Source: the human T2T-CHM13v2.0 reference genome, Homo sapiens. From it: a stretch of DNA of 64,000 nt. Positions 15,177 through 28,914 of this stretch are shown piece by piece; position 1 is the stretch's first letter, and each line of letters opens with the position of its first letter. A model generated the notes under the pieces. That model did no database searches. It was given only the letters and a program-made list of their open reading frames with translations, and was not told the origin of the DNA. Location: NCBI GenBank assembly GCA_009914755.4, contig CP068257.2, forward strand, positions 9,888,001 through 9,952,000. Reading direction: 5' to 3'. Made by a program: the position numbers and the translations under genes.

Positions 15177-15386
15177 CAGGCTTGTCCAACCTGAGGACTG
15201 CATGTGGCCCAGGCCAGCTTTGAATGCAGCCCAACACTAATTCATAAACTTTCTTGAAACATTATGAGATTTTTTTTCCTTTTTTTTGGCTCATCAGCTT
15301 ATCATTAGTGTATTCTATGTGTGGCCCAAGACAATTCTTCTCCTTCCATTGTGGCCCAGGGAAGCTAAAAGATTGAATACCCCTGT
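15177..15386 (-). mobile_element. MER20 (hAT-Charlie nonautonomous DNA transposon), copy 1
   Basis: gcttgtccaacctgaggactgcatgtggcccaggccagctttgaatgcagcccaacactaattcataaactttcttgaaacattatgagattttttt…gtgtggcccaagacaattcttctccttccattgtggcccagggaagctaaaagattgaatacccctg matches the MER20 consensus as I recall it. A second copy at 57573-57790 is about 80% identical. Confidence 0.75.
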
Positions 15387-15940
15387 ATTAAAAGATCATT
15401 AATGATCTAAAATAAGTGATCTTATAAAGAATTGATAAACCTCCAGCTAGACTGACTGATCCAGGAAAAAATAGAAAAAACACAAATTACCAATATGAAG
15501 AGACTGCAATACAGATTAGATTATAAGACATTAAAAGGATATTAAAGGAATATTCTGAACAATTTTATGCCAATAAATCCAACAACTTGGATGAAATGAA
15601 ATTTTCCTAAAAGACACAAATTACCAAAACTGACAACAGAAAAATCTGAAAATATCTCTTAAAAAAATCTTAATTCTCCCACAAAAAACTAAAACCAAAC
15701 CAAATAAAACCCTCTAGGTTCAGATGACTTCACTGGTAAATCCTATCAAACATGTAAAGAAGAAATCATACCGATCTTACACAGCTATTTCCAAAAACAG
15801 GGAAGGAGACAGCACTTCCCATCTAATTTTATGACACCAAATATCACCTTGACACCAAAATCAAATAAAGTCATTACAAGAAAAGGATACAAAAGTCCAA
15901 TATCTCCCATCAACACCAATATAGAAATCTTAAAAACAAA

Positions 15941-15962
15941 CAAACAAACAAACAAACAAACA
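15941..15962. repeat. (CAAA)n microsatellite
   Basis: aaacaaacaaacaaacaaacaaacaaaca. Confidence 0.85.
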
Positions 15963-17204
15963 CCTAGAAATCAACTCTAGCAATATCCCTAAGGACAACG
16001 CACCACAACCAAGTGGGGTTTATCTCAGGGATGTAAAGTTAGTTTAAAAGTTGAAAATGAAACCAGTGTAATTCATTGGTAGAATGAAGAAAGTTGTATA
16101 ATCATCTCAACAGATACAGAAAGAGGCATTTGACAGCATTAAACATCGTTATGATAAAAATTCCCAAGAAACAAAGTTTAAAAGGAATGTCCTCATTTTG
16201 ATAAAGGTTTTCTCTGCAGATCCTACAGACATCATACCATACGGTGGACTACTGAAAGCTTTCTGCCTAAGCTTGGGAACCATGCAATTATGCCCATTCT
16301 CGTGACTTCTGTTCAACACTATGGAAGTCCTGGACAGTATAATAAACCAATAAAAAGCAAGACAAGACATAAGGATTAGAAAGTAAGAAGTAAAAGGATA
16401 GTCAGAGGAAACGTAATTGCAAATTTCTTAGTTTTCTATATAAACAAACCACTAGAAGTAATAAGTGAAACAGACTTATCAGACTACAAAGTCACTATAC
16501 AAAAATCAATTGTGTATCTACATACTGAGAGCAAACAACTGGAAAATCAAATTCAAAAGTTCTACTGACAGTAGTGTAAAATTATAAAATACTTAAGAAT
16601 AAATTTTTAAACAGGCATGCAAGACTGCTACATTGAAAATTATTAAATATTGAGGCCGAATATTAAGATGTTGATTCTCCCCCAAAATAATCTGGACTCA
16701 ATACAATTCTCCGAGAAAATCCAGCAGGCTTCACTGTAGAAATTAATAAACTAATAGTAAGTACAAAGTTGGAGGACACACACTATCTGATCTCAAGACT
16801 TCATGAAATTATAGCAATCAAGATACATATACCAATAGAAAAACAGACAATCGATAGAACAGAGTCCAGAAATAGACCAATACATAGAAATTTAATTGAT
16901 TTTTTATGAAGATACGAAAATGGATTAATGCAAAAAGGGAACACCAGTGGTGCTGGCACAAATGGCTATCAAGATGTTAAAAAAAAAAAAAAGTAAATCT
17001 TGAAACCAAACTCACACCATGCGAAAAATTAATTTGAGATTAATGACAGATTTAATGTAAAAACTAAAACTATGAGGCCTCTAAAAGACAATGTAGAATA
17101 TTTTCCTGACTTTGAGGTAAGCAAAGATGTCTTAGATCAAAGAGATAAGGTAGTAACCATAAAATAAAAAAAATAAACTAAGCTTTATAAAAATTAAAAG
17201 CTTC

Positions 17205-17468
<264 letters not shown>

Positions 17469-18819
17469 TTAAGAAACGGAAAAGGTAAAACTCAGACTGG
17501 CAGAAAAGACTGATAACTCCATCGACTCTTGGCAAAGATGTAACTGGAGAACTAATTCATTGTTGGTGGGAGGGTAAAATGGCACAACCACTTTAGAAAA
17601 CTTTTGGCAGTTTCTTATATAGTTAAACATTCACCTATCCTTTGATACAGCAATTCCACATCTACATATCTACCCTAGATATTTATGCTAATTTTAGAAT
17701 TATTGATTTGCCATTTCAAAAGTAATGATTCTTCCAGAATATTAGCTTTATACCATTCCATATTTTATATATTTTTTAAGCTACTATAAATTATGAAGAT
17801 TCAAAATGCAATTTGCCAAGTTTTAAAAGAGAAAAAAAAGTACGGAAATAACTAAGTGGAAAACAGGCTGGTTAAGTGTGTTTGGGTCAGTTTATTTCTA
17901 GTATCATTTACAGGCTACCCTGATATTGTATTTAAAATTTTCATTCATTTCAGAGTTCACAAAATAATGATTTTTCCTGTGAAGATACTTCGTTTAAGAG
18001 ACAACTGACTTCTACAACTAAAATGTATACATGTTCAAAGAAAATAACTTGTAAAATATATTTGGTTGAATAACATTTTCATTAAGCCTTTAAAATTATG
18101 TATCAGAATATCTGGCTATTAAGCAGTCTAATGGTGCCTACTAAGTCAGAGAGTTGTAACTCTTCTCTCCTGTGCTCTGTTCTGATAATGAAGTAAAGGC
18201 ATCAGTAGCATCTACTGTGCTAAAGAATAAATGGAATTTACACCTGTAGGTAATATTTAAGCACTTTAAGACAAATATGAATACATCATAAATTTCTAAC
18301 TAGGAAAATATTTTCAATGAGATCTCAAGAAATGTTAACTTTTTTCAGAATAAAGCACTGAAAACTGACTCACCAACATATCAAACTGGGTTTCTTCATC
18401 TTCTTCTCTTTTTCTCTTCTTATCTTTCCTCTTTTTCTTCTTACTACAGGACATTATTTATACAGATGAGTTTAGGTATATTGATTTGTGTGATAAATAA
18501 ATATCGTAAGATTGAAACTTGGAAGTCTTTTAAGCTGTTTCATTTATAAATTATTGATTTAGGAAGACTTACATTGCTATGCCCTCTTAAATACAATACT
18601 GAGAAGTTGCTTCAGGCTTTGTACATATTATGTTAAAGTTCAAAGCAGATTGTAGAGCCACACTGCCACATTTTAAATCTTGATTCTGTCACTTCTTAGC
18701 TCTGTGATTTTTGGAAAAGGTACTGAACCTCTCTGGCAGTCAGTTTCCCCACTTAAAAAATTAGGATAATAACTTAACTCTTAAGGCTATTGTGAGGATT
18801 AAGAGGTAATATGTATCTT

Positions 18820-19440
18820 CACGCATTGCTGGTGGAAATGTAAAATGGTGCAGCATCTACAGGAAACAGTTTGTGGTTCCTCAAAAAGTTAAAGAGTTAC
18901 CATATGACCCAGCTATTTTACTCCTAAGTATGTATACCCAAGGGAAATGAAAACATAACCCCACAAAAATACTTACATAAGAATATTCACACTAGCATTA
19001 GTCACAATAGTCAAAAAGGGGAAACAACCTAAATGTTCATCAACTGATGAATGGATGAACAAAATGTCACATCCATACAATGGAATACTATGCAGCCATA
19101 AAAAGGAACAAGTGCTACAACAATGATGGACCTCAAGAATGTTATAAGTGAAAGAAGCCAGATACAAAAGGCCACATGTTGCATGATTTCTTAGGAAATA
19201 TTCAGAATAGGCAATTTCACATAGATAGCAGACTAGTGGTTGCCAAGGACTAGGAGAGAGGGAGGATGGGATGTGACTGCTTTAATGGGTAGGAAGAGAT
19301 TTCCTTCTGAGATGATGAAAATGCTGAGCAACTAGACAGTGGTGAACCTCTTGAATATGTACTAAAAACCACTGACTGTACAAAAGGGTGAATTTTATAA
19401 TTATGAATTACATCGTAATAAAAAAATAAAAACCCAAGAG
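18820..19440 (+). mobile_element. L1 3' end (L1M-type 3'UTR), independent of the upstream L1
   Basis: cattgctggtggaaatgtaaaatggtgcagc…accatatgacccagctattttactcctaagtatgtatacccaagggaaatgaaaacat…caactgatgaatggatgaacaaaatgtcacatccatacaatggaatactatgcagccataaaaagg…gtggttgccaaggactaggagagagggaggatggg…ataaaaaaataaaaa matches a classic L1MA/L1MB 3' end. Confidence 0.85.
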
Positions 19441-20299
19441 CGATTTGAAAAAAGTTAATGTGCAAAGTGCCTACAACAATTTCTTGGCGCATTGAAAGTG
19501 CTATATAAGCATTAATTATGATTACTACGATAATCTTAAGACACTCTTGTCTGCATTTTCATCATAAAGTTTTCAGAGGATAACTCACCACTCCTCACAG
19601 GAAATTCACAGAGTAAAAATCTCACATTCATTCAGGATATACCTGCCATTTATTCTGGCATCTTCATGAGGCCAGACTCCTTGAGAGGGTTCTCAAAGGC
19701 AGTGGTTTCAGCTCACTCTTTGATACTTTCCATCTCGCCTAACAATATCAAAACCTCTGTTTATCATGGAGACCAGGAGGAAATGCTCAATATTTGTATG
19801 TACAGTCAACCTCAGGCAAATCTGCCAGTTAAAAAAGAAGCGAGGATATGAATGCACAGGTATTTTTCTCCTAAAGAGCTAAAAAATTACCACTACGAAC
19901 TCCTCCTCACATTTGGCTCAATTTATTTACTGCATATACGTTCTCTAATTTAATCCTCAGAGTCTTCTAAATGTATAAAAAATGGTCTGAAAGTATAAAT
20001 GTGTAAACGAAGGTTTAAAGATACTTGATCTCTTAATGAGTAAATGGAAGTTCAGACATATTAACCAATTTGCCACAAATTACAAAATTAGTAAATGACA
20101 GAGTGCAGGTTCCATCCCATATCCCTATCAAAGCCTATGTACACCTCAACCACTGTGTGATTCATCCTGGTTTCACTCTACATACTAGCTTAGAAAAAAA
20201 TAATCAATAATTTTTCCAGGAAGAGACAATGGAGAAAAGAATAATCCCTAGTAAACGAAGTTATTATCATGAACTACAAGATCAGACTAAAGCAGACCC

Positions 20300-21500
20300 A
20301 CCAGGCAGAGGCCTGGAGAGATGCCTCAGCGGACCCAAACTCGTGGGTACGGGGCCACAGGTCACCCGCCCATCTATCCTGTTTCCAGGGTCGTCAGCGC
20401 GGGAGGCTGCCCCTCTCTGCACAGGCGCCACGAACCGCGGTCCGGCCTCCGTCCATCCCAGACAGGGTCAGGGCGAAACCTGGGAGGCCACGAAGCCAGC
20501 TCTTCGCACCACGGCTTCCACCGGATCCGCGGGGGTGGAGTGCATCCGAAAAGAACCGAGGAGGCTCCCACCGGAGCTGCAGGACCCAGCTCTTCGCCTT
20601 GGTTCCCTTGAGCACAAGCTTGGTAGACTTCACAAAAGAGTACTCGGCCATGGCTCCGGAAGACTTCTGCGCGGAGAGGCTGAAGCCGGCTCAGGACAAG
20701 TATGTGACCTGGAGCAGCACCAGGGCGGGGAGGAACAGAAGTGGAGGCGAAGTAAACACTTCCTGACAGCGTACGTCTGTCCAGAACCCGCCTTCATCTT
20801 CACCCAAACGCTGAATGGCTGAGATTTCCACTTCCGGGTTTCTGCCACGGAGCTACAGCGGCCTCAGAGGGCCGAAAGGTGTCCGCACGCATCTGCTCCC
20901 TGGCTCCCTCTCGAGGAGCCCCTGAGGATTTGTGCCTCCCAGAGGTGGGGAAAGCCCGCCCGAGGCGCCGGTGCTGACGGTGGCGGGACTGCCGGGCTCG
21001 CTGTGGAACCGCCTCCCGCTAGAGCTGCGGGCTGGCGACGGTCCCCGCGGGGGCGGGAAGCGGCTTAGGCTGCCCTCGTTGGCCTGCGGCGGCGAGTCTG
21101 GAAGCGGGGGCCACTCGTGCACGGGTCACTCGGGGCTGTGCCTCGCGCAACTGTGTGTGCAGGAAACAAGCAGAAAATACCCTAAAATAGAATGAAGCGC
21201 CATGTTGAGGGCCGCGGACTTCGCGAGTGCTGTGGCAATGTGGGCTAAGGTGGAGAGTTATGGTGGCGCATGTTACAGGCTCAGGGGTCAGGAAGAAGCC
21301 TAATCGTGGAGGCGGCATCTGAGGAGGGTCTTGAACGCTGGGCAGGCTTTTGCCCGATAGAGATGGAGGAAGCTAGTCCTGTCTGCTGGAGGAAACAGGG
21401 CAGAGGCGAGGAGGGAGCCTTGCAGCGCTGGTGTGAGGAGCCGCGAGCAGGCCAGGCCTGTAAAGCAGAGTGAAGGGAACCAGGATAGAGAAGGCAAATC
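20300..21500. promoter_or_regulatory. CpG island (~1.2 kb, GC-rich, CpG not depleted); candidate possibly bidirectional promoter with first exon(s)
   Basis: Dense CpGs (…gcgggaggctg…ccgcggtccggcctccg…ggatccgcgggggtg…gcgcggagagg…cggtccccgcgggggcgggaagcggc…tggcctgcggcggcgagtc…) against a CpG-poor, AT-rich surrounding. GC boxes GGGGCGGG (~21047) and GGGCGGGC on the minus strand (~20953). Palindromic gccATGGc at ~20648-20655 gives a Kozak-context ATG on each strand. Plus-strand donor CAG|GTGAGA at ~21545. Confidence 0.75.
20394..20651 (-). other. Candidate first coding exon or ORF start on the minus strand (MAEYSFVKSTKLVLKGTKAKS…), unverified
   Basis: 85-aa ORF in the six-frame track starting at a perfect Kozak ATG inside the CpG island. 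The ORF is inflated by GC-rich no-stop sequence. Possible donor G|GTGGGA about 85 nt downstream of the ATG. Confidence 0.15.
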
Positions 21501-21611
21501 GGGGTCCTGTGGTCACTGAAGAATTTGAATGAAATCAGTAAACAGGTGAGAGGGATCCATCGCAAGAGCATGGGATGAAAGGAGGAGTAGTCCACGGTGA
21601 TTCCTCCGCAG

Positions 21612-21680
21612 CGGTGGGTATTATTAATCGCGTATGTGACACCAAAACGGTGGGTATTATTGATAGCGTATGTGACACCA
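21612..21680. repeat. 33-34 bp tandem duplication
   Basis: ggtgggtattattaatcgcgtatgtgacaccaaaac / ggtgggtattattgatagcgtatgtgacaccaaaac. Confidence 0.85.
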
Positions 21681-23879
21681 AAACCACCCCACTCAAGTTG
21701 TGGCTCTTTCCCTAAAGTAGAAAACAGAAACCAGTTGGGTTCCAAGCATCCACGAAGATCTTACTAAATTCGTGATCCCTGGTGGCACCATGGAGTCAGG
21801 ATTGGCTCATCTCAAACCTGACTCAGAAACAAAACCATCTCAATGTGCAGAGATGAACGTCCTTACCTGCTATCATATTTTCTGGTGTTTTCACAGTGCT
21901 GCGCTTCCTAATCCCCATTCCACCGCAATCCACATGCCATGATGCCTAGAGGCATTAACAAAGGAGACACACAGGGGCTCCTCACGTTGGCTTTCCATGG
22001 TTTTGATGAAAATCTCAGTTTCCTCATCTCATACAATGTGGTTAGTAATAGTATCATTTAGGGTTGAAGAATTAAATGGTACGAATTATATAGGGTGCTT
22101 ATAATAACCTACATGGAAAATGCCTAGGATATGTTAGCTATGCTCATCACCAACATCATTATATGATGGTAATAATCAGATAGTTAGGAAGGGCGATGCC
22201 AAGAAAATGGATACATGCTCTTGGGAATGAATGTGGAGAGATCAGAAGGTCAAGAACAAAGCTGTACAACATGTCTGCAGTAAAGGGATAGAGAAAAGAA
22301 AGGCTATAAAAGAAGGAATGAAACAAAGTTAGAGTAAAATTATAAAATCAAAGCTAAGGACAATTTCCAGAAAGGGTAATATCATTTAATATCATAGAGG
22401 TTTAGGAACACAAGATGGAAAAATGGCCTGTGGGTAACTGACATTGAGGTAGTCTTTAGGGAAGCTCCATTTCCGATAGAGAAGTAGACAGAAAGTCAGC
22501 TTGAAGCAGGGACTAGGTGAAGAAGCTGTTGGCTGGTCGCATGGGGATATAAATAAGGGATCGCATATGCCATATTTCTGGGTTTCTTTCTTTCTTGCCC
22601 AGCCTCTATATATGCCTAGAGTTTGGCGAAAACTTACAAAAAATACAAATGAAACCAATTTCGTTTGTAGACTCAAATACAATGCTTTGTGTTAGAATCA
22701 AGATAAATTCATGACTCTCCCTTCTATTGTCACCGTCAGTTTTGAAATTAAACATCAGCTTTTCTTCTTCATTAAAATCATTTTCAACTCCTTCCAGGTG
22801 TTGATGGTTTGGGGGAGTTACATAAGCAGTCAGGTCTTGATGAGTAGAGGAGGAGGGAACAAACAATTTCAGCAAAGGAAAAATTCTGAAATTCTGCTCA
22901 TATTTTTCTCTAGTAACTTTCCTATGTTTGTGAGGATATTCAGTCATAAAGATCCTAGTGAAATTTTTTTCAAGCTTGACTAATCGTAATCACTGTGGAC
23001 TTTTGTTTAAAATGTGTATTCCCAGGCCTCTCACGTGCTGATTCTGATTCAGGAGATCACGGATGGGACTCAGAATACATGTGTTTGAGAAGTACCACAA
23101 GTGGTTCTTATGGTCAGGCAAATTTGGGAATCTAACCAGGAATTTATGTTTTTATGACTGGCAGCTAGAAAAGATTCCTAGAGTCTTTGCTTTTTGAAAA
23201 TAAAATATTTCTTTTTTAAAAGGAAAATTGTATGACTAGATACAACATTTATACATGTGGCACATGTACTATACTGTGTGCTTTTGTCATATTTACAGTT
23301 AAAGATGTGTAAGAACACTCTGAGAAAAATTATCTATTAAATGCAAAGAGGGGTAAGTCAGGGTGGGGGAGAAATGGGACTGGTGTGCTTATTGTTGCTA
23401 AAAGGTAGAAAAGCCAGAATGATAGCCATCTAAGGTTGCAAATAGCACACTGTAAGTTGAGGGAGCTTCACAATCATGTCTGAAACCTTCTTTGATATAC
23501 TGAGTTGTAAACAGTGGCTTTGGACAAGATTTGAGGGAGAAACCAACTATGCTTTAAAGTGTTCATTTAAAAGACTTTAATTAAAGGAAAGTCTTTGTAT
23601 TTACTTAAGCTAATTTAACTTCAGGACTTTAACAAATTACTAGCCCTTAACCTCTTAAAAATTGTCTTTCATTTCAAATGAAAGTTTAAGATGGCCTTTA
23701 CGTTGGATTGGTATACTTGTGCGAAGACTTAACAGCAAGGTAATGTACATTTCTAAATGTTTACTTCTTAATTTTGCTGGAAGAAATATACTATTCAATT
23801 GATTATTTTTAAAGCAAAGTAAAACCATTTATTTTGACAAGTGACACTGTATTTTCCCAGTTTTCAGGTGGCAGAGATT

Positions 23880-25450
23880 AGGCTTAACATCACTAATCAT
23901 GAGAGAAATGCAAATCAAAACCAAAACGAGATACTATCCTATACCAGTCAGAATAGCTACTATTAAAAAATCAAAAAACAACAGATCTTGGGAGGCTGTG
24001 GAGAAAAGGGAACATTTACACATAATTGGTGCGAATGTAAATTAGTTCAGCCACTGTTTAAAGCAGTTTGGAAATTTCTCAAAGAATTTAAAATAAAATT
24101 ACCTCTCAAGCCAACAATTCCATTACTGGTATATGACTCAAAGAAAGTCAGTTATTCTACGAAAAAGACATATGCACTTGCATGTTCATCGCAGCACTAT
24201 TACAATAGCAAAGACATGGAGTCAGCCTAGGTGCCCATCAACAGTGGATTTGATCAATAAAATGTGGTACATCCACACAGTATTAGGCCATTCTTGCATT
24301 GCTATGAAGAAATACCTGAGACTGGGTAACTTATAAGGAAAAGAGATTTAATTGGCTCATAGCTCTGCAGGCTGTACAGGAAGCATGGTGACGGCATCTG
24401 ATGGCACCTGTGGTGTCTCCAGGGAGCTTTTACTCATGATGGAAGGTGAAGAGGGAGTAGGCTCATCACATGGCCAGAGCAGGAGCAAGAGAGAATGGGA
24501 GTGGGGGTAAGTACCACACACCCTTACACAACCAGATCTCGAAAGAATTCGCTATCACAAGGACAGTATCAGGTCATGAGAGATCCACCCCCATGACCCA
24601 AACACCTCCTACCAGGCCCCACCTCCAACCCTGAGGATTACATTTCACCATGAGATTTATAGGGGCCACCTTCCAAACGATTTCACACACCATGGAATAC
24701 TATGCACCCATAAAAATAACAAAATCATGTCCTTTGAAGCAACATGGATGCAGCTGAAGGCCATTATCCTAAGTAAATTAATGCAGGAATACAAAACGAA
24801 ATACCACATGATCTCAATTATAAGTGGGAGCTAAACACTGGGTACTTATGGACATAAAGATGGAAAGAATAAACACTGGGACTACTAGAGGGGAGAAGGA
24901 GGAAGGCAAGGTTTGACAAACTAACTATTGGGTACTATGCTCATGTATTAATCTGTTCTCACACTGCTATATAGAACTACCCGAGACTGGGTAATTTATA
25001 AAGAAAAGAGGTTTAATTGACTCACAGTTCCACAGGCTGTACAGGAAGCATGGCTGGGAGGCTTCAGGAAACTTATAATCATGGCAGAAGGTGAAGGGGG
25101 AAGCAAGGCACTTTCTACCATGGCAGCAGGAGAGCAAGTGAGCCGGGGGGATGTACCATATGTTTAAACCATCAGATCTCATGAGAACTCACTTACCATG
25201 TAAGAACAGCAAGGGGGAAGTCTGCTCTCATGAGCTAATCACCTCCCACCAGGTCATTCCCCCTACATTGGGAATTATAATTCAACATGAGATTTGGGTG
25301 GGGACACAGAGACAAACCATACCAAATGAGCATCTGGATGACGGGATCATTCATACCCCAAAACTCAGCATTATGAGATATACCCATGTAACAAACTGAC
25401 ACATGTACCCCTGAATGTAAAATACAAGTTAAAATTATTTTCAAAATAAA
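23880..25450 (+). mobile_element. L1 3' end (older primate L1PA/L1PB type) containing two diverged copies of an internal ~400 bp 3'UTR segment
   Basis: …catcactaatcatgagagaaatgcaaatcaaaaccaaaacgagatactatcc (ORF2: LIIREMQIKTTMRYH). …atatacccatgtaacaaactgacacatgtacccctgaatgtaaaatacaag is the canonical L1 terminus. Segments …cctgagactgggtaa(c/t)ttataa(g/a)gaaaagag… occur at ~24300 and ~24965. Confidence 0.85.
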
Positions 25451-26145
25451 TAAATTAATGAATAAATAAATATGATTAAATGAAATTAAAATTTTGAATT
25501 AAAATATTTGAGAATGATTTCAGCTTGACAGTTATGTAAGTTATGTAAATGGAAACAGTGAGTTCTGTAGGGTTCGGATCAATTGCACTATCTGTACTAA
25601 GTTGATGTCCAGTTGTTTGGATGAAAAGAAAAGAGGAGAAACATATAGATCAAACAGAAAAAAAAATGGACAAGTTTTTATGATAGCAAAAAGAAGAATG
25701 GAGGAAATAGGACTGAGGTTATAGTGATTGATAGATATTAATAGATGACTAAGTCAAAAGCCACTGGTTGCAGAAAATATTGACTAATTTTGTTTTATTC
25801 CAGTCAGACAACAAAATCTTATAACCTGCCTCTAGAGAAAACCCTTTTAGCCCTGTAATTATGTTTATTCCAAGCACCATTCCATTCATTAAGTAGTGTA
25901 TAGGGTGATTAATAAGTGAATTATTCACAGAATTAGGACAGAATTTTTGAGTATTTCAGGATATTAATACTATAGTCAATGAATTAAAATAAAATTTGAC
26001 TAGAGGTGTGATCACCATGAATGCCATGTTGGTATCTTGTTAGATTTGGCAACCAAAAGTTGACAAATTTATTAATAAAATAAACGTTCGTTGATGATTA
26101 ATTTACATTTAGTAAACATGCTCTTTCTTCTTCCTTCCCTTTCTT

Positions 26146-26166
26146 ATTCATTCATTCATTCATTCC
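26146..26166. repeat. (CATT)n microsatellite
   Basis: attcattcattcattcattcc. Confidence 0.85.
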
Positions 26167-26616
26167 AACAGAGCAGTGACTTTCATTCTAAGATTCCCAG
26201 AATCCTAAGAATTCTTGAATGTCATCATAGGGAGCCAGGTGTGAGGAGTCACAAATGTTGTATTTAATACTTGAAAAATCTCAAAAAGTTATATATTTAC
26301 ACCAGAAAAAGCTATACAGGTTTTAAGTTATATATATATAGTTGAATACTTTTTATTTCTATCCAGAAATAAGTCATTAGAGTTAATAATGTTGATTATT
26401 TCATACTGACCTAGTAGGTAGCCTTTATATATCATTCATTACTTATTAGTAAAATAAGAACCCCCCCAAAATTACAAAATAAATATATTTTGTGGGGTTT
26501 TCTTAAGTCTGTTGAAACATAAAATCAGAAGAGAGGATTAAAAGTAATCCTTGATTGTTAAAAAGGCAGGGAACTACTAACTTAGAAAATTGTATGAAAA
26601 CAGCAAGATATATACA

Positions 26617-26800
26617 TGGTCCTCAGACCAGCTGCCTGTTTTAATAAAGTTTTATTGGAGCACATCCATGGATCTATTGTGCTTTCCTGCTACAATGGTA
26701 GAGTTGAGTGGTTGCTATAGAGACCGTATGGTTCGTAAAGCCTAAAATATTTATCATCTGGTCCTTTATAGCAAAAGTGAACCCAGTTTTAGAACATTCA
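26617..26800 (-). mobile_element. hAT-type MITE fragment (MER30-like)
   Basis: cagctgcctgttttaataaagttttattggagcacatccatg…ctacaatggtagagttgagtggttgctatagagaccgtatggttcgtaaagcctaaaatatttatcatctggtcctttatagcaaaagt resembles the MER30-family consensus (…gtaaagggccagatagtaaatattttaggctttgcgggccatacggtctctgtcgcaactactcaactctgccgttgtagc…). The family name is from memory. Confidence 0.5.
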
Positions 26801-27070
26801 CTTTTCAAATTAGGATACAGTGGATGCTGCCTTAACTGACCTCCACTTAACTGATTTGCAATCAGCACTTTCTGGTACCCCTGTACAACTTATTGACTGA
26901 TGTCCACTGTAAACTGAAAGCCTTTGAGCTACTTTTAATGCCTGTACATTTCTCCTTCCATTACAGAAATTGTATAGTTTCTAAGAGGAAGCTGTGTTGA
27001 TTCCTAAATATGTTTACACCATTTGTTCTTGTTCTTGTAACTATGCGATTTAATTAAATATTATGTTGAG

Positions 27071-27416
<346 letters not shown>

Positions 27417-28914
27417 CTAAATGTGTTGGAAAAATGAGAAACTCAAACAGTTGCTGTCAGCTTAACTGTTGGCAAGACAACTAGAAACAAATGGGAAAAA
27501 TTGTGTAATCTAGGATTTCAGATTGCTTTACCCCAGTTGTCTTCACAGAAAATGAACAAGAAATCCATGACAACGTATCATTGGCATAGTTTCCACAAGA
27601 AACTCCACTCTGAATCCGTGCAAGGCTTTGACCTTGTCATCAAAATTCTGGCAAATTTATTTACACATGTCTTTTAAATTAAAGTTGTTTTAAGGACTTA
27701 CATCTAATACTTCTTATGATTCCTCCATCTAACTTAAATTTGTGATTAATCTGTTTATTACTGGTCCCAATCTGATTGAATAAGGGGGTTTCTACCGTAT
27801 TTGCTAACCAAAAGTTTAATTTGACGAAGATGGAATTATAAATACAATAATTCCAGTTTAAAGAATTAGAATGGTAAAGGTTAATACAATTTAGTATGCC
27901 TAAAAATCACTAGAAAAGCTTACTAACAATGTAAATTCTTGTGCCTTCAGCCTGAGATTTTGATTCAATAGGTCTAGCATGAGACATAGGAATCTGGATT
28001 TTTAGGAATGATAAAGGAAAATTGCTTAAAATAGGGTAAATTATGACTTACAAATATAAAATGAACACTTGTCTAAGATTTTTAACTCATTTATTTAATG
28101 AGGGAGCCAGTAAGATGTTATACTAAGTTTTATGGAAAGAGCCACACATATCTAGGCACTAAGGAACACTGAAATAAATTTGCTTGATAGGTTCAAAACT
28201 GACTTCTTGATGGAAGGTGGAAAAAGGAAAATTAATTATACTTCCACCAAAATCAATCATTTGCCTGTCTATAGACAAGAATATTTGCATTACTATCAGT
28301 AATCTACAACTAACAGAATTGCAAATAACAAAGAAAACAAAAGGCACAGAGACCCTATAGAAACAGATAACCCAGGTTATTCTAGACAAGGATGAGATTT
28401 CCATTAAAGACACTCAGTGGTAATTTCGTTGGTCCATCTTAAAATCTTTCCATTTTCTCCTGAAACAAATTGCTCAAGCAATTCAAATACAATGAATGGG
28501 GTCAGTGGGTCACACCTGGAGAAATCATTTTCTAACCTATAACCAAGACTGTTGAATTACTCCCTTCACTGGAAATAATAAAATATTACCACATAAATTC
28601 GTATTATGATAATGGCCCACTATGAATGATTTGGTGTTCTTAATTTTCTTAAGATTTATTAATATTTCTGAAGTAATTACTAAATGCCAAGCAATATATT
28701 TTCTAATTTAATCTTTCATTGACTTTTACTTTCACTTCAATTGAGCTACTCACTTTCATGGCTATAAACTTAACTTTTCAATAACTTAAAAATTGATTTC
28801 TAATGTTATAAACTTAAATGTTCCACTCTGTGACATGCTCTTTCAGACTCTCTCTTCCTTACTGCCAACTCACCTTCTCTTCTATCTCTTCCAGTGCCCC
28901 AGTATCTTAACTCT

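Noticed and set aside
20229-21318. Stack of 65-197 aa ORFs in all frames over the CpG island
   Set aside because: Same GC-rich artefact. Only the two ATG-initiated starts at the GCCATGGC palindrome are kept as low-confidence candidates. The rest are not supported.
24290-25330. Two ~400-bp diverged copies of a '…cctgagactgggtaatttataaagaaaagag…' segment inside the L1 3' end
   Set aside because: This appears to be the normal architecture of older primate L1PA/L1PB 3'UTRs (a single copy is also present in the antisense L1 at ~29230-29460), not a locus-specific rearrangement. I cannot verify this without Dfam.
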